Positions 42,173 to 55,811 of a DNA stretch of 64,000 nt are shown piece by piece. The notes under the pieces were generated by a model. The model searched no databases. It was not told the origin of the DNA and saw nothing but the letters and a program-made list of their open reading frames with translations. Positions within the stretch are counted from its first letter, which is position 1; each line of letters opens with the position of its first letter. The position numbers and the translations under genes were made by a program. This DNA comes from Octopus vulgaris. Taxonomy: Eukaryota. The DNA lies in the NCBI GenBank assembly GCA_951406725.2, contig OX597815.1, forward strand, positions 11,160,001-11,224,000. Direction: 5' to 3'.

Positions 42173-42174
42173 TA

Positions 42175-42412
42175 GAAAAAAGACATACACACACAAAGAT
42201 AAGTTGATAGATACAACTGAGTGGACAAACAAAAATATGAGACACAGCCTAGTGGGGATGGGGTTATGTATATATGCCTGGTACTTATTCTATTAGTTTC
42301 TTCTTGTGAAACCAGTAAGTTATGGGGATGTAAATATACTAACAGCAGATGTGAAGCAGTGATGAGGGCGAAATACGGAGACAAAGACACACACATACAC
42401 TTACATATATAC

Positions 42413-42449
<37 letters not shown>

Positions 42450-42481
42450 ATTGATTTCTTTCAGTTTCTGTCTACGAAGTC

Positions 42482-42484
<3 letters not shown>
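42175..42484 (-). mobile_element. Degenerate SINE family A body
   Basis: gtacttattctatt...ttctttcagtttctgtctac. Confidence 0.55.
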
Positions 42485-42537
<53 letters not shown>

Positions 42538-42719
42538 TATATATAGTACTAAGACCATAGCGGATCTACTTCTAGCATAATGGACGTCCACTTACAGGTC
42601 ACCCCACTTAATAGATTCAGTATTAAAGTGAAAGTAATAAAGTGAGAGTATCTGACATTACAATAGAGAGATGTTATTGTTTTACCATTGACACGTAATA
42701 CTGAAATAGTGGAGAAGAT

Positions 42720-42878
42720 ATGATATTGCTGTGGGCTTGCATTAGGCAAGAAATTAAAATATATTTTGGCCTATGACACTACATTGACCCGAAGTAAGGC
42801 ATGTGTAAAATTTGAATTATTTGTTTGTGTAGTTCTCAAGTTTTAGGGATTCACACAGACAGACAGACACACATTCTC

Positions 42879-42890
<12 letters not shown>
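42720..42890 (-). mobile_element. Helitron-like 5' terminal fragment
   Basis: gtaaaatttgaa...cagacagacagacacacattctcaattttatatat resembles the other Helitron 5' ends. Confidence 0.45.
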
Positions 42891-42940
<50 letters not shown>

Positions 42941-43024
42941 TAAATATTAGGGAATAAATCCAAATTTACAGGGAAAAAAAAATCAGATTTAGGATTAAAT
43001 CCAATTTTATAGTAAAATATTATA

Positions 43025-43170
43025 AAATATTATTAGAGACAAAACCACTATTTTGCAAAACAAACAAGGAAAGACTTAATCAATACATAAAATTTTAATA
43101 AATAAAAATTTTATGTATTGATTAAGTCTTTCCTTGTTTGTTTTGCAAAATAGTGGTTTTTCTCTAATAA

Positions 43171-43175
<5 letters not shown>
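43025..43175. repeat. Near-perfect palindrome with ~70-bp arms
   Basis: aaatattattagaga.aaaaccactattttgcaaaacaaacaaggaaagacttaatcaatacataaaatttt and its reverse complement. Confidence 0.9.
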
Positions 43176-43217
<42 letters not shown>

Positions 43218-43220
<3 letters not shown>

Positions 43221-43420
43221 TTAATCCAAACATGAAAACACAACAACGCGAGGACGTGGAACAAGTATAGTATTATTGGACGCTCAGGAAAGAAGGAAAG
43301 AAGGTGGGTTTAGCGTTTCGAGCGGAGCGCTTCGTCAGAAACATAGGAAAAAGAAAGATCCAGAGAAGGGAAGACGGAGGAAAAAAAATCGCCAACGGTA
43401 CACACGCGGTCACATTTTGT
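43218..43420 (-). mobile_element. HHR short element (gagc/gctc family)
   Basis: rc HHR at 43308-43342 gttt-CTGACGA-a-gcgc(tcc)gctc-GAAA-cg-CT-aaac; core intact, U16.1 changed to C. Confidence 0.85.
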
Positions 43421-43550
43421 ATATATATATATATATATTCATAACAAACTTCGTGTGCGTACATAAAACGAAAGGAAGAGTAAGAAAGAGACATAAACGG
43501 AATGTAAAACAGAAACAAATAAACAGTTATATATATATATATATGAAGAA

Positions 43551-43778
43551 CTCTCTTTACTCATTTACTCTTTTACTTGTTTCAGTCATTTGACTGCGGC
43601 CATGCTGGAGCACCGCCTTTAGTCGAGCAACTCGACCCCGGGACTTATTCTTTGTAAGCCCAGTACTTATTTTATCGGTCTCTTTTGCCGAACCGCTAAG
43701 TGATGGGGACGTAAACACACCAGCATCGGTTGTCAAGCAATGCTAGGGGGACAAACACACACACACACACATACAGAT

Positions 43779-43809
<31 letters not shown>

Positions 43810-43978
43810 CATATATACGACAGGCTTCTTTCAGTTTCTGTCTACCAAATCCACTCACAAGGCATTGGTCGGCTCGAGGCTATAGCAGAAGACACTTGCC
43901 CAAGATGCCACGCAGTGGGACTGAACCCGGAACCATGTGGTTGTTTAGCAAGCTACTTACCACACAGCCACTCCTGCG
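43551..43978 (-). mobile_element. SINE family A
   Basis: Full copy. Confidence 0.9.
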
Positions 43979-44703
43979 TAGATATTCAAGAAATCGCTTC
44001 TCCTGAGACCGTTAATAAAGAGATTGGTAATAACAGAATTAATCTCAATGAAATACAACCAGTTTGAACAAATTGCGTGCTTCAATGAATCTTTGGTATT
44101 TTGTTGTTTGTCGTCTGATATTTTAAAAATCTCACTCCCAGCTCTATTTCTCTTCTCTTTCCTCTTCTCGTTGGTGCTAATTTGGAAATATCCCGCCATT
44201 GTTACATAATCAAGATCATTTGTTGCCAGTATTCTTCGGGCTATGTCTGAACAGATTTAATACAATTCATCTCAAACGATAAAACTGTAGGTGTTATAAG
44301 TCACTGAAGATGGGGGAAGCCCAGACAAACATACGTGAAAATATACCCATGCAAACACACGTACGCACGCGCACGCTGACGCCTGTGCAAGACATTCAAA
44401 TACACATATGAATAAACGTATCGTTTGTCTGCTTGTATATCAGTTTAGTAATCAATCAGCCAGTCTAATCTATTCATCTATCTATATATTTATCTATCTA
44501 TCTTTCTCTTTCTGATTCTCCCCGTATACCTGTATATGTTTGTGCATGAACACACACACGTATACACGCATACATACATATGTATGTATGTATGTATATA
44601 TATATATATAATTTTATTTGTTAGGGAATAAAAATACGTATGAAATAAGTATTAAATTAAAATTCTTTTATATGGTGGGATGAAGGAGCCTACTATCTCT
44701 AAA

Positions 44704-44739
<36 letters not shown>

Positions 44740-44768
44740 ATATTTATCGATATATATATATATATATA

Positions 44769-45174
44769 CTAGCAGTATATACAGTATCGCCCGGCGTTGC
44801 TCGGGTTTGTAAGGGAAATAACTATATAAGCATTTTTAGAGAGTTATAGCCAAAAAATAGGAAAAAAATGCATTAAAAATGGAAAAAAAATTGAGGTAAA
44901 TTTCTTTTTAAATCGTTGACACATCGTAGATATTTTTAGAGAGTTACTTCCCTTATATAATAGCGAAAAAAATGCATTAAAATGGAAAAATATGATGGTA
45001 AATTTTTTTAAATCGTAGACTCATCGTAGACGCGCGCTAATACCCAGAAGGGCTCGATATGACTCACGACTATAAGATACCCGGTTTTGGTTACACTGCA
45101 CCGCAAAATGTGGGAGTAGTTACGAATCTAAATCGTAGGAGACAGACACACAACTTCACTCTTATATATAAAGA
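44769..45174 (-). mobile_element. Non-autonomous Helitron, same family as 36586
   Basis: Aligns end to end with 36586-36983; TC...CTAG termini. Confidence 0.85.
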
Positions 45175-45286
45175 TATAAGTCACGTAGTTATATACACAT
45201 ACTTTGTTATATACACATTCTTAAAAGAAAATGTTATTTTGAATACAACATTTATAAAGAATAAAATATTTTTTGGTTTTTCTTAA

Positions 45287-46150
45287 CCCTTTCGTTACTA
45301 TATTTCTGACCAAAATACACCCCTTATGTGTTTCAATTAATTTCTAACGTAATCATAAATTTAGTCTGGTTTCATTAAACAACAATAACTTTTTTATTTA
45401 TCGATATATTAATGTGATTTTTGGAAGATAATTTAATGAAATGTCCTCAACCAATTCTATACTATAATTTTTGTCACAAAGTGACTCTAATTGCATGTAG
45501 ATACAGGTAAATTCAACAATATATAAAATTATTAAAATTTTGTTCAAACATTGCTATAGAAAATGGGTTATTAGCTAATATTCAATTGGGTATACAACAA
45601 AATTTTACGATAGAATTTGTTATTCTGGGTAACTTTCTGATACCCATAATAATATTTATGGCAAAATAAGCCTTAATTTCATTTAAGGTTGTGGGAAATA
45701 AGAAACTATCCTTTCTTTTCGTTTTGTTTACGTTTAGCGTAACGGTTCGTTTCTGCGCTGTAATGATTTTAAATAGGCTCATTCGAAAAAGTAAATAGAA
45801 ATAGTTTAAGGCTTTACTCTTCTGGGAAAGTCTGTGGCTTGGTGCAGTTTCTTCAGAAAAATCACCGAAAGAAACAGTTTTTAAATTTTCACTGCATTCA
45901 GGTACCAATTCATTTTCTTAATCGCTGTCGGATTCACTGTTTTCACTTTAATAGCTGCAAACTTGCAAAGACAAAGGAGGAGAAGGGTGATAGCGTCAGT
46001 GAAACAGTTCGCTCCGTTTGTGTGTGTGTGCGTTTGCGTGTGCTGTAAGCCACACTAAGAAAAACATTTGACATATACACCAGAATGTGAGTTTTCTCTA
46101 AAATTTTGCTTAATTGGGGTTGAAATTTTAAAAACTGAACCTGGCACGAC
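45287..46150 (-). mobile_element. Internally deleted piggyBac element
   Basis: TTAA-CCCTTTCGTTAC terminus; ORF 45582-45908 LNYFYLLF...PTTLNEIKAYFAINIIMGIRKLP matches the piggyBac transposase N-terminal part; the other TIR was not found. Confidence 0.75.
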
Positions 46151-46266
46151 CCGATGCATTCTACTCTTAAAAATGCTAGGTAAATTGTAATTGAAGAAAT
46201 CCTATATTGTAGATTTCTATAAGATACAAAGGGAGGCAGATAAAATCTGCCTTTTATAATAAGAGA

Positions 46267-47482
46267 TATACGAAAGAAGGCTTGAAAATGCAATTTAAAA
46301 GATGTTTATTTACTTTACCGGTTTCAGTGTGTGTGTATGGCCCGCACACACGCGTAGACGCGCACACGCGCGCACACGGGCGGGCACACATATACACACA
46401 CCATCCTACCCCAAAAAATTCTTTAAACAACACACATCTATTTACACCACCCTGGAACCAATCAAAAACAGCCCCCCCCCCACACACACAGACACATGTA
46501 TACATGTATGTGCACGCACACAGGGACACACATACTCACACCAATCTCACCTCCATACAGGCACATATATACACACGCAGCACCATGTCAAATGCCATCC
46601 ACACACATACATGCGTACACACGCACACACACACACACAACACCATGACAACCACACACGCGGTTGACAAACAGACACCATCTGACCAAATACTACAGAC
46701 ACACAGACACATCTATTCATATCACATGTATATGTATGCACATACACATACACACAGAGACACAATACTCACCTCATCCTAACCCCAAAATCATTGATGC
46801 TTGAAGGAGAGCCAAAAAAAGAAAAAAAGAAAAAAAGGGTACATTCTTTTCAATTCCACATTTCTCCTAAAACGGACAGGTTAGTGACAACTTCACCACT
46901 ACAATAATGTAAATCTTTTTGAACTCATAATATTCTGTATGTGTATACTGAACTTTTTTTAATAATTCCTCCTGGAAATTACCCTGAGATGTATAATATA
47001 TTCGTTTTAATCTTTTCTGCCCATTATTTCAATGAGCTTGTTAAACTTTTTTATATTCTCAACATACTGTTGTCACCAAAGAATGTATATTCATATGGAT
47101 TATAGTACTCTGCGTCAACCAATATTCTGTGCATGTTTGAATATACAGATACAGTACCAATATCAATTCCTTCTGGAAACTATCTTAAGTATGTCCTTGA
47201 GAACGATTATTTATGTAATCTTTTTTGCCCAATATTTTAAGGAATTTGTTGAACTTTTTTATGTCCTTAACATGTCCCTGTTACCAAAGACTGTATATAT
47301 ATATGTAATGTAGCAATTTGCAACAACCAATAATTAACGCAACCAAACTTCCACATGTTACTTTTGACAATCTTTTTCCAAAGAGTGAAACCGGTAAAGT
47401 AAATAAACATCTTTTAAATTGCATTTTCAAACCTTCTTTCGTATATAATTCCACTCGTGCGGTACCCCACAACTCCACTTTG

Positions 47483-47485
<3 letters not shown>
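46267..47485 (+). mobile_element. ~1.2-kb non-coding PLE-type element with an inverted 5' arm and a 3' HHR
   Basis: 46267-46326 is the reverse complement of 47386-47446; CA-rich body; diverged ~190-bp internal repeat at 46928 and 47120; ends in (TA)n. Confidence 0.75.
47358..47402 (+). ncRNA. Type I hammerhead ribozyme, U3:A8 variant
   Basis: ttactt-TTGACAA-tcttt(ttcc)aaaga-gt-GAAA-ccgg-TA-aagtaa; perfect 6-bp stem I, ACCGGT stem III. Confidence 0.75.
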
Positions 47486-47573
<88 letters not shown>

Positions 47574-47576
<3 letters not shown>

Positions 47577-47910
47577 ATAATTAATGGTACTAACAAGCAG
47601 TACCAGCATGCTAAATATAGCAGCTAAAATGACCAAACCACAGATTTTCACTTAAACCCAAACGTGAAAGCGGGCAAATGAATAAAAATCCTAAAACCCC
47701 GTACCAATGACGAAAATAGTCACTTTCGTGTTTAAGAGAAAATTTGTTGTTTGGTCATGTTGACTGCTATATTTAGCGTACCGGTACAGCTTGTTTGAAC
47801 CCTTAATTATTAACTGATAATTTTTTTTTACCGTTATGGGATTTTTACGCATGCTCAGCCACTGGTCTTATTATAACCAATAATATACTCTTATATATTT
47901 TGAATCGTTT
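47574..47910 (+). mobile_element. Fold-back element with ~90-bp diverged arms and a ccactgg tail
   Basis: 47574-47665 is roughly the reverse complement of 47722-47815. Confidence 0.7.
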
Positions 47911-48119
47911 TTATTCACTTCAGCCACATTTAAAAATTTGCTACGGCTATAAAAACGGTCATCTTACATATTGGTGAGATGAATAATCACCATAAACCTG
48001 CTGTAGTTGGGCCTCAGATTCCTGTGCTATCAGTGCTGTAGTAGTTGTAGTATTAGCAGCTGCAGCATATTATTACTATTATTATTATTACAATTATTAT
48101 TATTATTATTATCATCATT

Positions 48120-49676
48120 CAGTAGTTTTATTTTTATAACGTGATTTCACTTAACTACCGAGCGCAGCTCTGTGTGCTTTGGGTATGTGCTATGATTTGT
48201 TGTGATGCTCTGATGGTTATTGTATTGAAAATGTCTTGCGTAGGATGTATGCAGTGCCCAGTAGTGCAATTTTCTGTATGTTATATATATTTGTAAGTCC
48301 TGGTGTTTTTGTTATGTATTTGTCTGAATATTTTTTTATCATGCCTAATGCACCTACTATGATAGGAATGGTTTCTGTTTTTAGATTCCACATTCTGGTT
48401 ACCTCTATTTCCAGGTCTTTGTATTTTGAAAGTTTCTCCATTTCTTTTGGAGACACATTGTCATCTGCTGACATTGATACATCAATTAGAAAGCATTTTT
48501 TTCCTCATGATCTCTGACAACTATATCTGGTCTGTTGGCCTTAATTTTTCTATCTGTGTGTATTGGCATATCCTAGAGTATGGTTGCTTTCTCGTTTTCT
48601 GTGACCTTTTCTAGCGTGTGCCTATACCATCTTTTTTCTGTTGTTATTTCATAATGTTGGCATAGCTTCCAGTGTATGTAGGTTCTAACTTTGTCGTGTC
48701 TGTGAATATATTCCTTCTTAACCAGGACTGGGCAGCCAGAGATAATATGATTTATTGTTTCTTGTCCATCTCCACATATTCTGCAGTTACTTGTTATATT
48801 TCTTTTCATTACATGTTTTTGGTAATTTCTGGTGGGGAGGCTTTGGTCTTGTGCTGCAATTAAAAATCCCTCTGTTTCTGCTTTGAGTCCTGAGTTTCTC
48901 AACCATTGCTGGGATTTTTCTTTGTCTATTTCTTTTGCATTTAGTTTAGTCCGGTATTTGCCATGAAGGAGCTTTTCTTGCCATCGTTTTATCATGGTCC
49001 GTTGATGTTCTAGTTTTAGTTTGGATTTCATTTGTTTCTTCTTCTTCTTCTTCTTCTTCTTCTTCTTCTTCTTCTTCTTCTTCTTCTTCTTCTTCTTCTT
49101 CTTCTTCTTCTTCTTCTTCTTCTTCTTCTTCTTCTTCTTCTTCTTCTTCTTCTTCTTCTTCTTCTTCTTCTTCTTCTTCTTCTTCTTCTTCTTCTTCTTC
49201 ATATTTGTTAGGTAGTATGATTTCTTGTTTGTATTTGTTAGCTTCCTTAATTACTGAGAACAATTTTTTGTTTTGCTCGTGTTTTGCCGCTATTTGTATC
49301 AGTTTTCCTTTCTTCTGAAGTAGATATTTTGCAGGTGGTTATTTTATAATAATTTTCCTGCTGTATAAGGCGTCTACCACCTTCTATACGTTGTATATAT
49401 AGCCTTTCTATATCAGATTTTGGGTAATGCATCCTAGATCCTGTCATTATTTTTCTTGTTTTCCTATCTATTTTGGTTAGTTCATTTAGTGTCCAGTTAA
49501 GGATATTGTAGCTGTAACTTATAACTGGGACAGCTAAAGTGTTAATACCTATTATCTTGTTTTTAGCATTGAGCTCTGTTTTTAGTATTGATCTAACTCG
49601 TCTATAGTATTCTTTCTTTATTTTCTCTTTCATTTGTGTGTTGTGTCTTATCTAGTTCATGGATTCCTAAATATTT

Positions 49677-49678
<2 letters not shown>
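48120..49678 (-). mobile_element. 5'-truncated Dong/R4-clade LINE between (TTA)n tracts
   Basis: KEYYRRVRSILKTELNAKNK...ERLYIQRIEGGR; AETEGFLIAAQDQ..CRICGDGQETINHIISGC..EYIHRHD; RPDIV; EKLSKYKDL...IPIIVGALG; (GAA)n expansion at 49036-49200. Confidence 0.92.
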
Positions 49679-49726
<48 letters not shown>

Positions 49727-49932
49727 GTCATTACTTTTCTACTCTCATTCTGCGAAGACATCGTTTTTGTTCCTATTTTTGAAATTCTTTTTATTCCAGT
49801 ATTATGGAATGAATTTTTATTTAGCGTAATGATAAAAAGAACTATCGTTGCCTAAGGAAAGTCTTCCCTCGATATGTGTGAGGAGACAGTAGAAAAAAGA
49901 ATTGTTTCACAAACGTTTACATTTTTATTAAC

Positions 49933-50022
<90 letters not shown>

Positions 50023-51869
50023 CACAAAATCTAAATATACAGCTAAGTTTTCAAGAGAAATAATACAATAGGCTTATAGTGAATAATTAATAAAAATGAG
50101 TCAAAAATACTCAAGTTATTTGGAAGACTATGACAGTAATAACAACACCAAAAGCATCAAGCACTCTTACACGATTCCAAATTATTTGGCCAATTTATGT
50201 AGCAGCTGTGTGATGGTAAACCTTCCATCATTGCGAAATGAACTGATTGAATTCTTCTATATATTCGTATATTTGCCAAAGGCGGTAATCAAAAAATAGC
50301 AAGGAAAAAACTTATTGTCTCTGATTATGGAAAGACGAAAGCAGATTAAATTTTCCTTAACATAAATTAGCACAACCACCTTTCCAGGAGATATCTGGAG
50401 AAATTATCGTAAAAAGAAAAAAAAAAGAAAAAAGAAGGGAAAAAAGGAAAAAAAGAAAGAAAGCAAAAGTTATGGCACTATCTGCTGTATCTTAAAAAGT
50501 AAACATACAGCTAAAACACAGGTTAAAATTGTTAGACATATCTCTGATTTCTGCCCCGGTACATGGGACCCGTTTTAGAATCATAGCTAGTAGTGATTTG
50601 GTGAGGCAGTATGGAAGTGTGTGCAAGGTAAGCTTAACGAAAGGTGACCTGTAGGCAAGGAAACTCGATATGGACTTTCAAGTCTTAAAGACATTTGAAG
50701 AACAAAATCCATACCGAAATTTTATCTAGTAGAAGGCGCCGAGGCAAAGGGCTGAATATCCAGACGGACTAGGAAGATTAAGCAAGGGGAAAAAAATGAA
50801 AGTAAAGAAGTGCAACAGACTGCAAATCTAGTTTCCAGAGAATTACGTGCTATGATTCTATGCCAGAACACGAAATATCATTAAGCCCTTGTCCACCAAC
50901 ATTTCCAACTTATACCCCCAAATTTTCCTGTTTTGTGGCGGTATGTCCCTCATCTGTTATGCCATGTACTGTGATACTTTCTCCAGCGGAAACTTGGTGT
51001 GGTTAGCTGCCAGCCCAGGCTCCGCTGTTCATCAAGATGTTAAGAACAATCTGTGAAGTTATCGGTCGCTCTCCGACAGGATTATGGTCAATCCAGTGGT
51101 AATACAGATCTCCGGCGTTTTTGTCACTGGACCATATCCCTGGTCGCTGCTATCGTATATGAATACGTATATGATAAATACAGTATATTGTAATGTTAAA
51201 TAATATACTATGTTCTATATATGATGTAATCTCTTGTATTAGTCATATACGAACATATATCAAATATACAACTGAATATGATGTATGCAATTTTATAATT
51301 TATTACATTCCGGATACGTATATGATATCTTACATACACTCAAGCACACTTTATGGTTTACCACATGGCTACTATATATGCTATGCTTTTTTCATCATGC
51401 CTTCTTTACCACCAAATACTCTGTTCGATATAATACCTCGAGTAAACAAAATTGTTATATATTTGAACAATTTTACGATATTTAAGAATAATTATTTTAT
51501 GTGGGTTGCATAATATATAAGTATAAATATAAACAAGTTTTATTGTTATATATAATTATAAGATTTTGAGTATAGATATCTAAATTAAATACTTGTTTGT
51601 TTAGTGATACTTGTTAATAATATACATTTTAAAAATAAATATAATGTTGTTTTCCTTGTGTAAATGACTAAAGTGGAAAAGATAAAATCTTAAACAAATA
51701 CGTTTTAACGTTTGTTTTATTGATTTTTGACCGAATGAGGTACAGGAACGAATTACCAATTTTTTAGTAATATTGCTGATAGGATGGTAACCTTATGATA
51801 GGACGGACCATCGTCCTTATGATAGGATAGTGACCATCGTCCTCACTTACTACTTGCTCTATATCATTC

Positions 51870-52254
51870 GTGTGGAGGCGCAATGACCCAGTGGTTAGGG
51901 CAGCGGACTCGCGGTCATAGGATCGCGGTTTCGATTCCCAGACCGGGCGTTGTGAGTGTTTATTGAGCAAAACACCTAAAAGCTCCACGAGGCTCCGGCA
52001 GAGGATGGTGGTGATCCCTGCTGGTACTCTTTCACCACAACTTTCTCTCACTCTTACTTCCTGTTTCTGTTGTACCTGTATTTCAAAGGGCCGGCCTTGT
52101 CACTCTCTGTGTCACGCTGAATCTCCCCGAGAACTACGTTAAGGGTACACGTGTCTGTGGAGTGCTCAGCCACTTACACGTTAATTTCATGAGGAGGCTG
52201 TTCCGTTGATTCGGATCAACCGGAACCCTCGTCGTCGTAACCGACGGAGTACTT
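51870..52254 (+). mobile_element. SINE family B, full length, with TSD
   Basis: ctctatatcattc on both flanks; near-identical to the reverse complement of 61427-61812. Confidence 0.9.
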
Positions 52255-52529
52255 CTCTATATCATTCATATTACAATCATCATCAGTATTTTTATGTAGA
52301 TTTCTACTCTGAGGTAAATATCAAAATCAACGGAATATAATTTGCTTTTAAATACGCACGAGGATTTAGATTTACATTGACAGTCAAAGGAAATGTTATT
52401 GATATCACCCTCGATATCATAGCCAGTGGGTGTCAGAAATATCTTTAGGTAGGAAACACATGCGAAATATCTATGTACCACACCATATATTCTCCTAAAT
52501 CGATAACATTTGCCAAAAAGAAAACAATA

Positions 52530-52712
52530 TCGGTTTCAAATTTTGGCACAAGGCCAGTAAAACCGGAGGAGAGGAATAAGTCGATTGCATCGATCGCCAG
52601 TGTTCAACAAGTAGTCTACCTCGACGGAATTTGAACTCAGAACGTAAAGACGGACGAAATACCTCTAAACATTTGGCCCGGGGTGCTAAGGATTCTGCTG
52701 GCTTGCCTTCTT
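52530..52712 (-). mobile_element. SINE family C, diverged
   Basis: ggaatttgaactcagaacgtaaagacggacgaaatac. Confidence 0.75.
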
Positions 52713-53252
52713 AAAAGAAAGCAATATTGTTTTCTTCTTTGGTACAATGGTGAAGAAATATGAAAGTTTGAGATAATTTCTCTTCCTGAGGATATTCATA
52801 GTTAATTAAGACTAGGAAAGGAGAAATGACTTCAGTTACCTATCGTAGTAGTCATAGGGAAATAGTTCGCCGAAATCAAAGGAATATAGATCACTTTTGA
52901 TGACGATATATTTTTTATTAAAGGAATAAATATCTGTAATATTCATGCTTTTTTTAAGAGATAAATCTTAAAAATAAACTGAAATGGATGCAAATGAGAT
53001 TTGAAACTATATCTTGGAAATCAAAATTAGATCGAGGGCATTTCTCACGCTAATGGGAAACAAAGGATCCCAACGTGGACTCTCAAACTTTTAAGAATAG
53101 CAACCTAATTAATCTACTGTAAATTCTATCTTACCATCTTAAAAAGGAAATAAGCACCTGATAATATATTAGTGGATGCATTGTCTGAAAATACGTTGGG
53201 ATAGTCTTAGCTGGAACGCTTTTCATCATAAGTCTGAGCGATCAGAGCTAAT

Positions 53253-54243
53253 TAGGGCTCGAAACCGGTTTTATATTATGATCAGTAAAATCGAAACGGA
53301 TTTGCCAAAACCGATTTTAATGTTTGCTGTATCTATAATTTTTTTTTTTCGCAAAACAATTCTCCATTCTTTTCTTTTGAAGAAATATCGTTGAAACTGA
53401 ACAAACGGAACTGTTGTCGGTCGCTTTTAGTTGAGAGTGCTGCCTGTTTCATTGAAGCATATCGCAACATATCATTTCCCACATTCTCTCCCCTTGAACC
53501 TTAGATCAGCACCTTGTCATTTCCTTCGCTAACCCCTGGCTGACTCTTTGAATTTGGAGGTAACAGAGTTTATTCATAGCAAGTCAAAGGGATGCTGTTA
53601 GTCTTCAGTCAGGTGATCTTTCACGTTGAGCATATGTAATAACCAGTTCCAGATTCATTTCAAGGATAATTTTTTCGTAATCATTTTCACTTCCCTTCGA
53701 AAATAATATTTTAAAAAACAAAATGCATTCAGTGTTTTACTCGATAAACTTGTCCTAATTTTTGTGTTGAAGTCCAGTAATTGAAATAGCTCTTTCCGAC
53801 TGGACACTAGTTGCTTTAGTTGTAAGCAATGCTCTATAAAGTTTATCGGGTAAAACACTGAATGCATTGTGTTTTTTAAAAGATTATTTTCGAAGGAAAG
53901 TGAATCATCAAGCAAGTCAAGAAACTTGATTGATTCTCAAATATACAACGACTTGGAAAAACGTTGCATTTCTGATTAAATAAATATAATACCATTATTT
54001 TTTGTTATTATTTGTACATAGATACAGATACAGGCACCATCAACATATTTGTGGATATCAGTGAACCTGTTACTTTCTCTCTTTCTCTGTGTATGTATAT
54101 AAATAAAATACAATATACGACAAACTTCTTCGTTACAGGGACACTGCTCTAAATCCGCGAAAGCCGGTTTTTAACCGGTTTTGAGAACTACTTGTACTTA
54201 AACTCAGTTTTAGGAATTATCGGGGTTTTTTTTGCGAGCCCTA
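53253..54243 (-). mobile_element. Non-autonomous hAT element with an 8-bp TSD
   Basis: TIRs TAGGGCTCG/CGAGCCCTA; TSD gagctaat/gggctaat; remnant dimerisation-domain-like TKIRTSLSSKTLNAFCFLKYYF (53655-53915). Confidence 0.8.
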
Positions 54244-54741
54244 GGGCTAATACAGAGATTAGTAATAGCTACGACAATAATAATTACTTTTGAAATAACG
54301 ATATAAATGGAACAAATTAATAAAAAAAGTAAACCCAAGACTGTTATTAGCAAACCATGAATTGTGAAAGACGTTTGAAAGCAGTTCATCGAGGCATTCA
54401 ATCGAAGGCGAAAATATTTGAAGAACATTTAACGTCCTGAAATTATCGTATTTATTGTTGGCAGAGCAGAAAGACGATGAAATAGTTAATGATTGATGTA
54501 GCATTAATATAGAAAATTGACAAAGTATTTAATTGAATAGCTTTCAAGCAGATAATTAGGTAGGGTGGGGGGTGAGAGAAGGAAAGATAGACTGAGAAAG
54601 GTGGTGGAAAATAGACAACAGATGCATACGTGCACACACATGCAAGCACACACATACAACACGCACACACACAAGTATATGTATATATCTATATATATAT
54701 ATCTACATACATACATACATGTATATACATATATACATGCA

Positions 54742-54823
54742 TCCTTCTTTCCTTCTTTCCCGAGCATCCAATAATACTTTACTTGTTCCACGTCCTCGCA
54801 TTGTTGTGTTTTCATGTTTGGAT

Positions 54824-54828
<5 letters not shown>
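54742..54828 (+). mobile_element. 3' fragment of the gagc/gctc HHR element family
   Basis: Matches 33296-33383 and the rc of 43218-43305; starts a few nt after the predicted cleavage site. Confidence 0.75.
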
Positions 54829-54908
<80 letters not shown>

Positions 54909-54914
<6 letters not shown>

Positions 54915-55026
54915 ATCACGTGACCAACCAGGCTATCAGATGTTGCTACACATCGCTGGTCACAATGCGCTTCGCATTGTTTTAGCCTTCAAATGACGCC
55001 ACCCCGCTGGCTAAGCGAGCAGGCTA
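54909..55026 (-). mobile_element. Isolated SINE tail, same as 19245-19368
   Basis: Reverse-complement match. Confidence 0.75.
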
Positions 55027-55173
55027 ATATATGTATATATATATATATATCAAGGAAGACGTGAAAGTATTACGTGAAGTAATCTGCTTCCTCCTATAAT
55101 GTGTGAGAATGCTGGGAAAATTGAAAAAGCACAATACTTTTCATTATGTTTAGATTTACTCACAAGATCACAA

Positions 55174-55213
<40 letters not shown>

Positions 55214-55408
55214 CACAAACATTAGTGCTGTTACGCGATCTTAAATATAGCGTGCTAGCACGTATACGCTAATTGCAAAGTATGTGAGTAGATGTTTCTA
55301 CCACCTGCTGATGACGACACACCTCATCCATAGGATTTGTTTTTGAGATACCAAAAACATCTTTCTTTTATTACACCCTTACACAGCGTACACATACACA
55401 TACACATA

Positions 55409-55811
55409 GGCGCAGGAGTGGCTGTGTGGTAAGTAGCTTGCTAACCAACCACATGGTTCCGGGTTCAGTCCCACTGCGTGGCATCTTGGGCAAGTGTTTT
55501 CTGCTATAGCCCCGGGCCGACCAATGCCTTGTGAGTGGATTTGGTAGACGGAAACTGAAAGAAGCCTGTCGTATATATGTATATATATATGTGTATGTGT
55601 TTGTGTCTGTGTTTGTCCCCCGAGCATTGCTTGACAACCGATGCTGGTGTGTTTACGTCCCCGTCACTTAGCGGTTCGGCAAAAGAGACCGATAGAATAA
55701 GTACTGGGCTTACAAAGAATAAGTCCCGGGGTCGATTTGTTCGACTAAAGGTAGTGCTCCAGCATGGCTGCAGTCAACTGACTGAAACAAGTAAAAGAGT
55801 AAAGAGTAAAG
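55409..55811 (+). mobile_element. SINE family A
   Basis: Full copy. Confidence 0.9.

Noticed and set aside
44301-44340. CTGAAGA-tggg(ggaag)ccca hammerhead-like start
   Set aside because: GAAA and stem III are missing
51874-51950. tRNA-like sequences at SINE heads (also 18608, 19058, 56390-56459)
   Set aside because: They are SINE heads with A/B boxes that continue into repeat bodies; no complete acceptor stem
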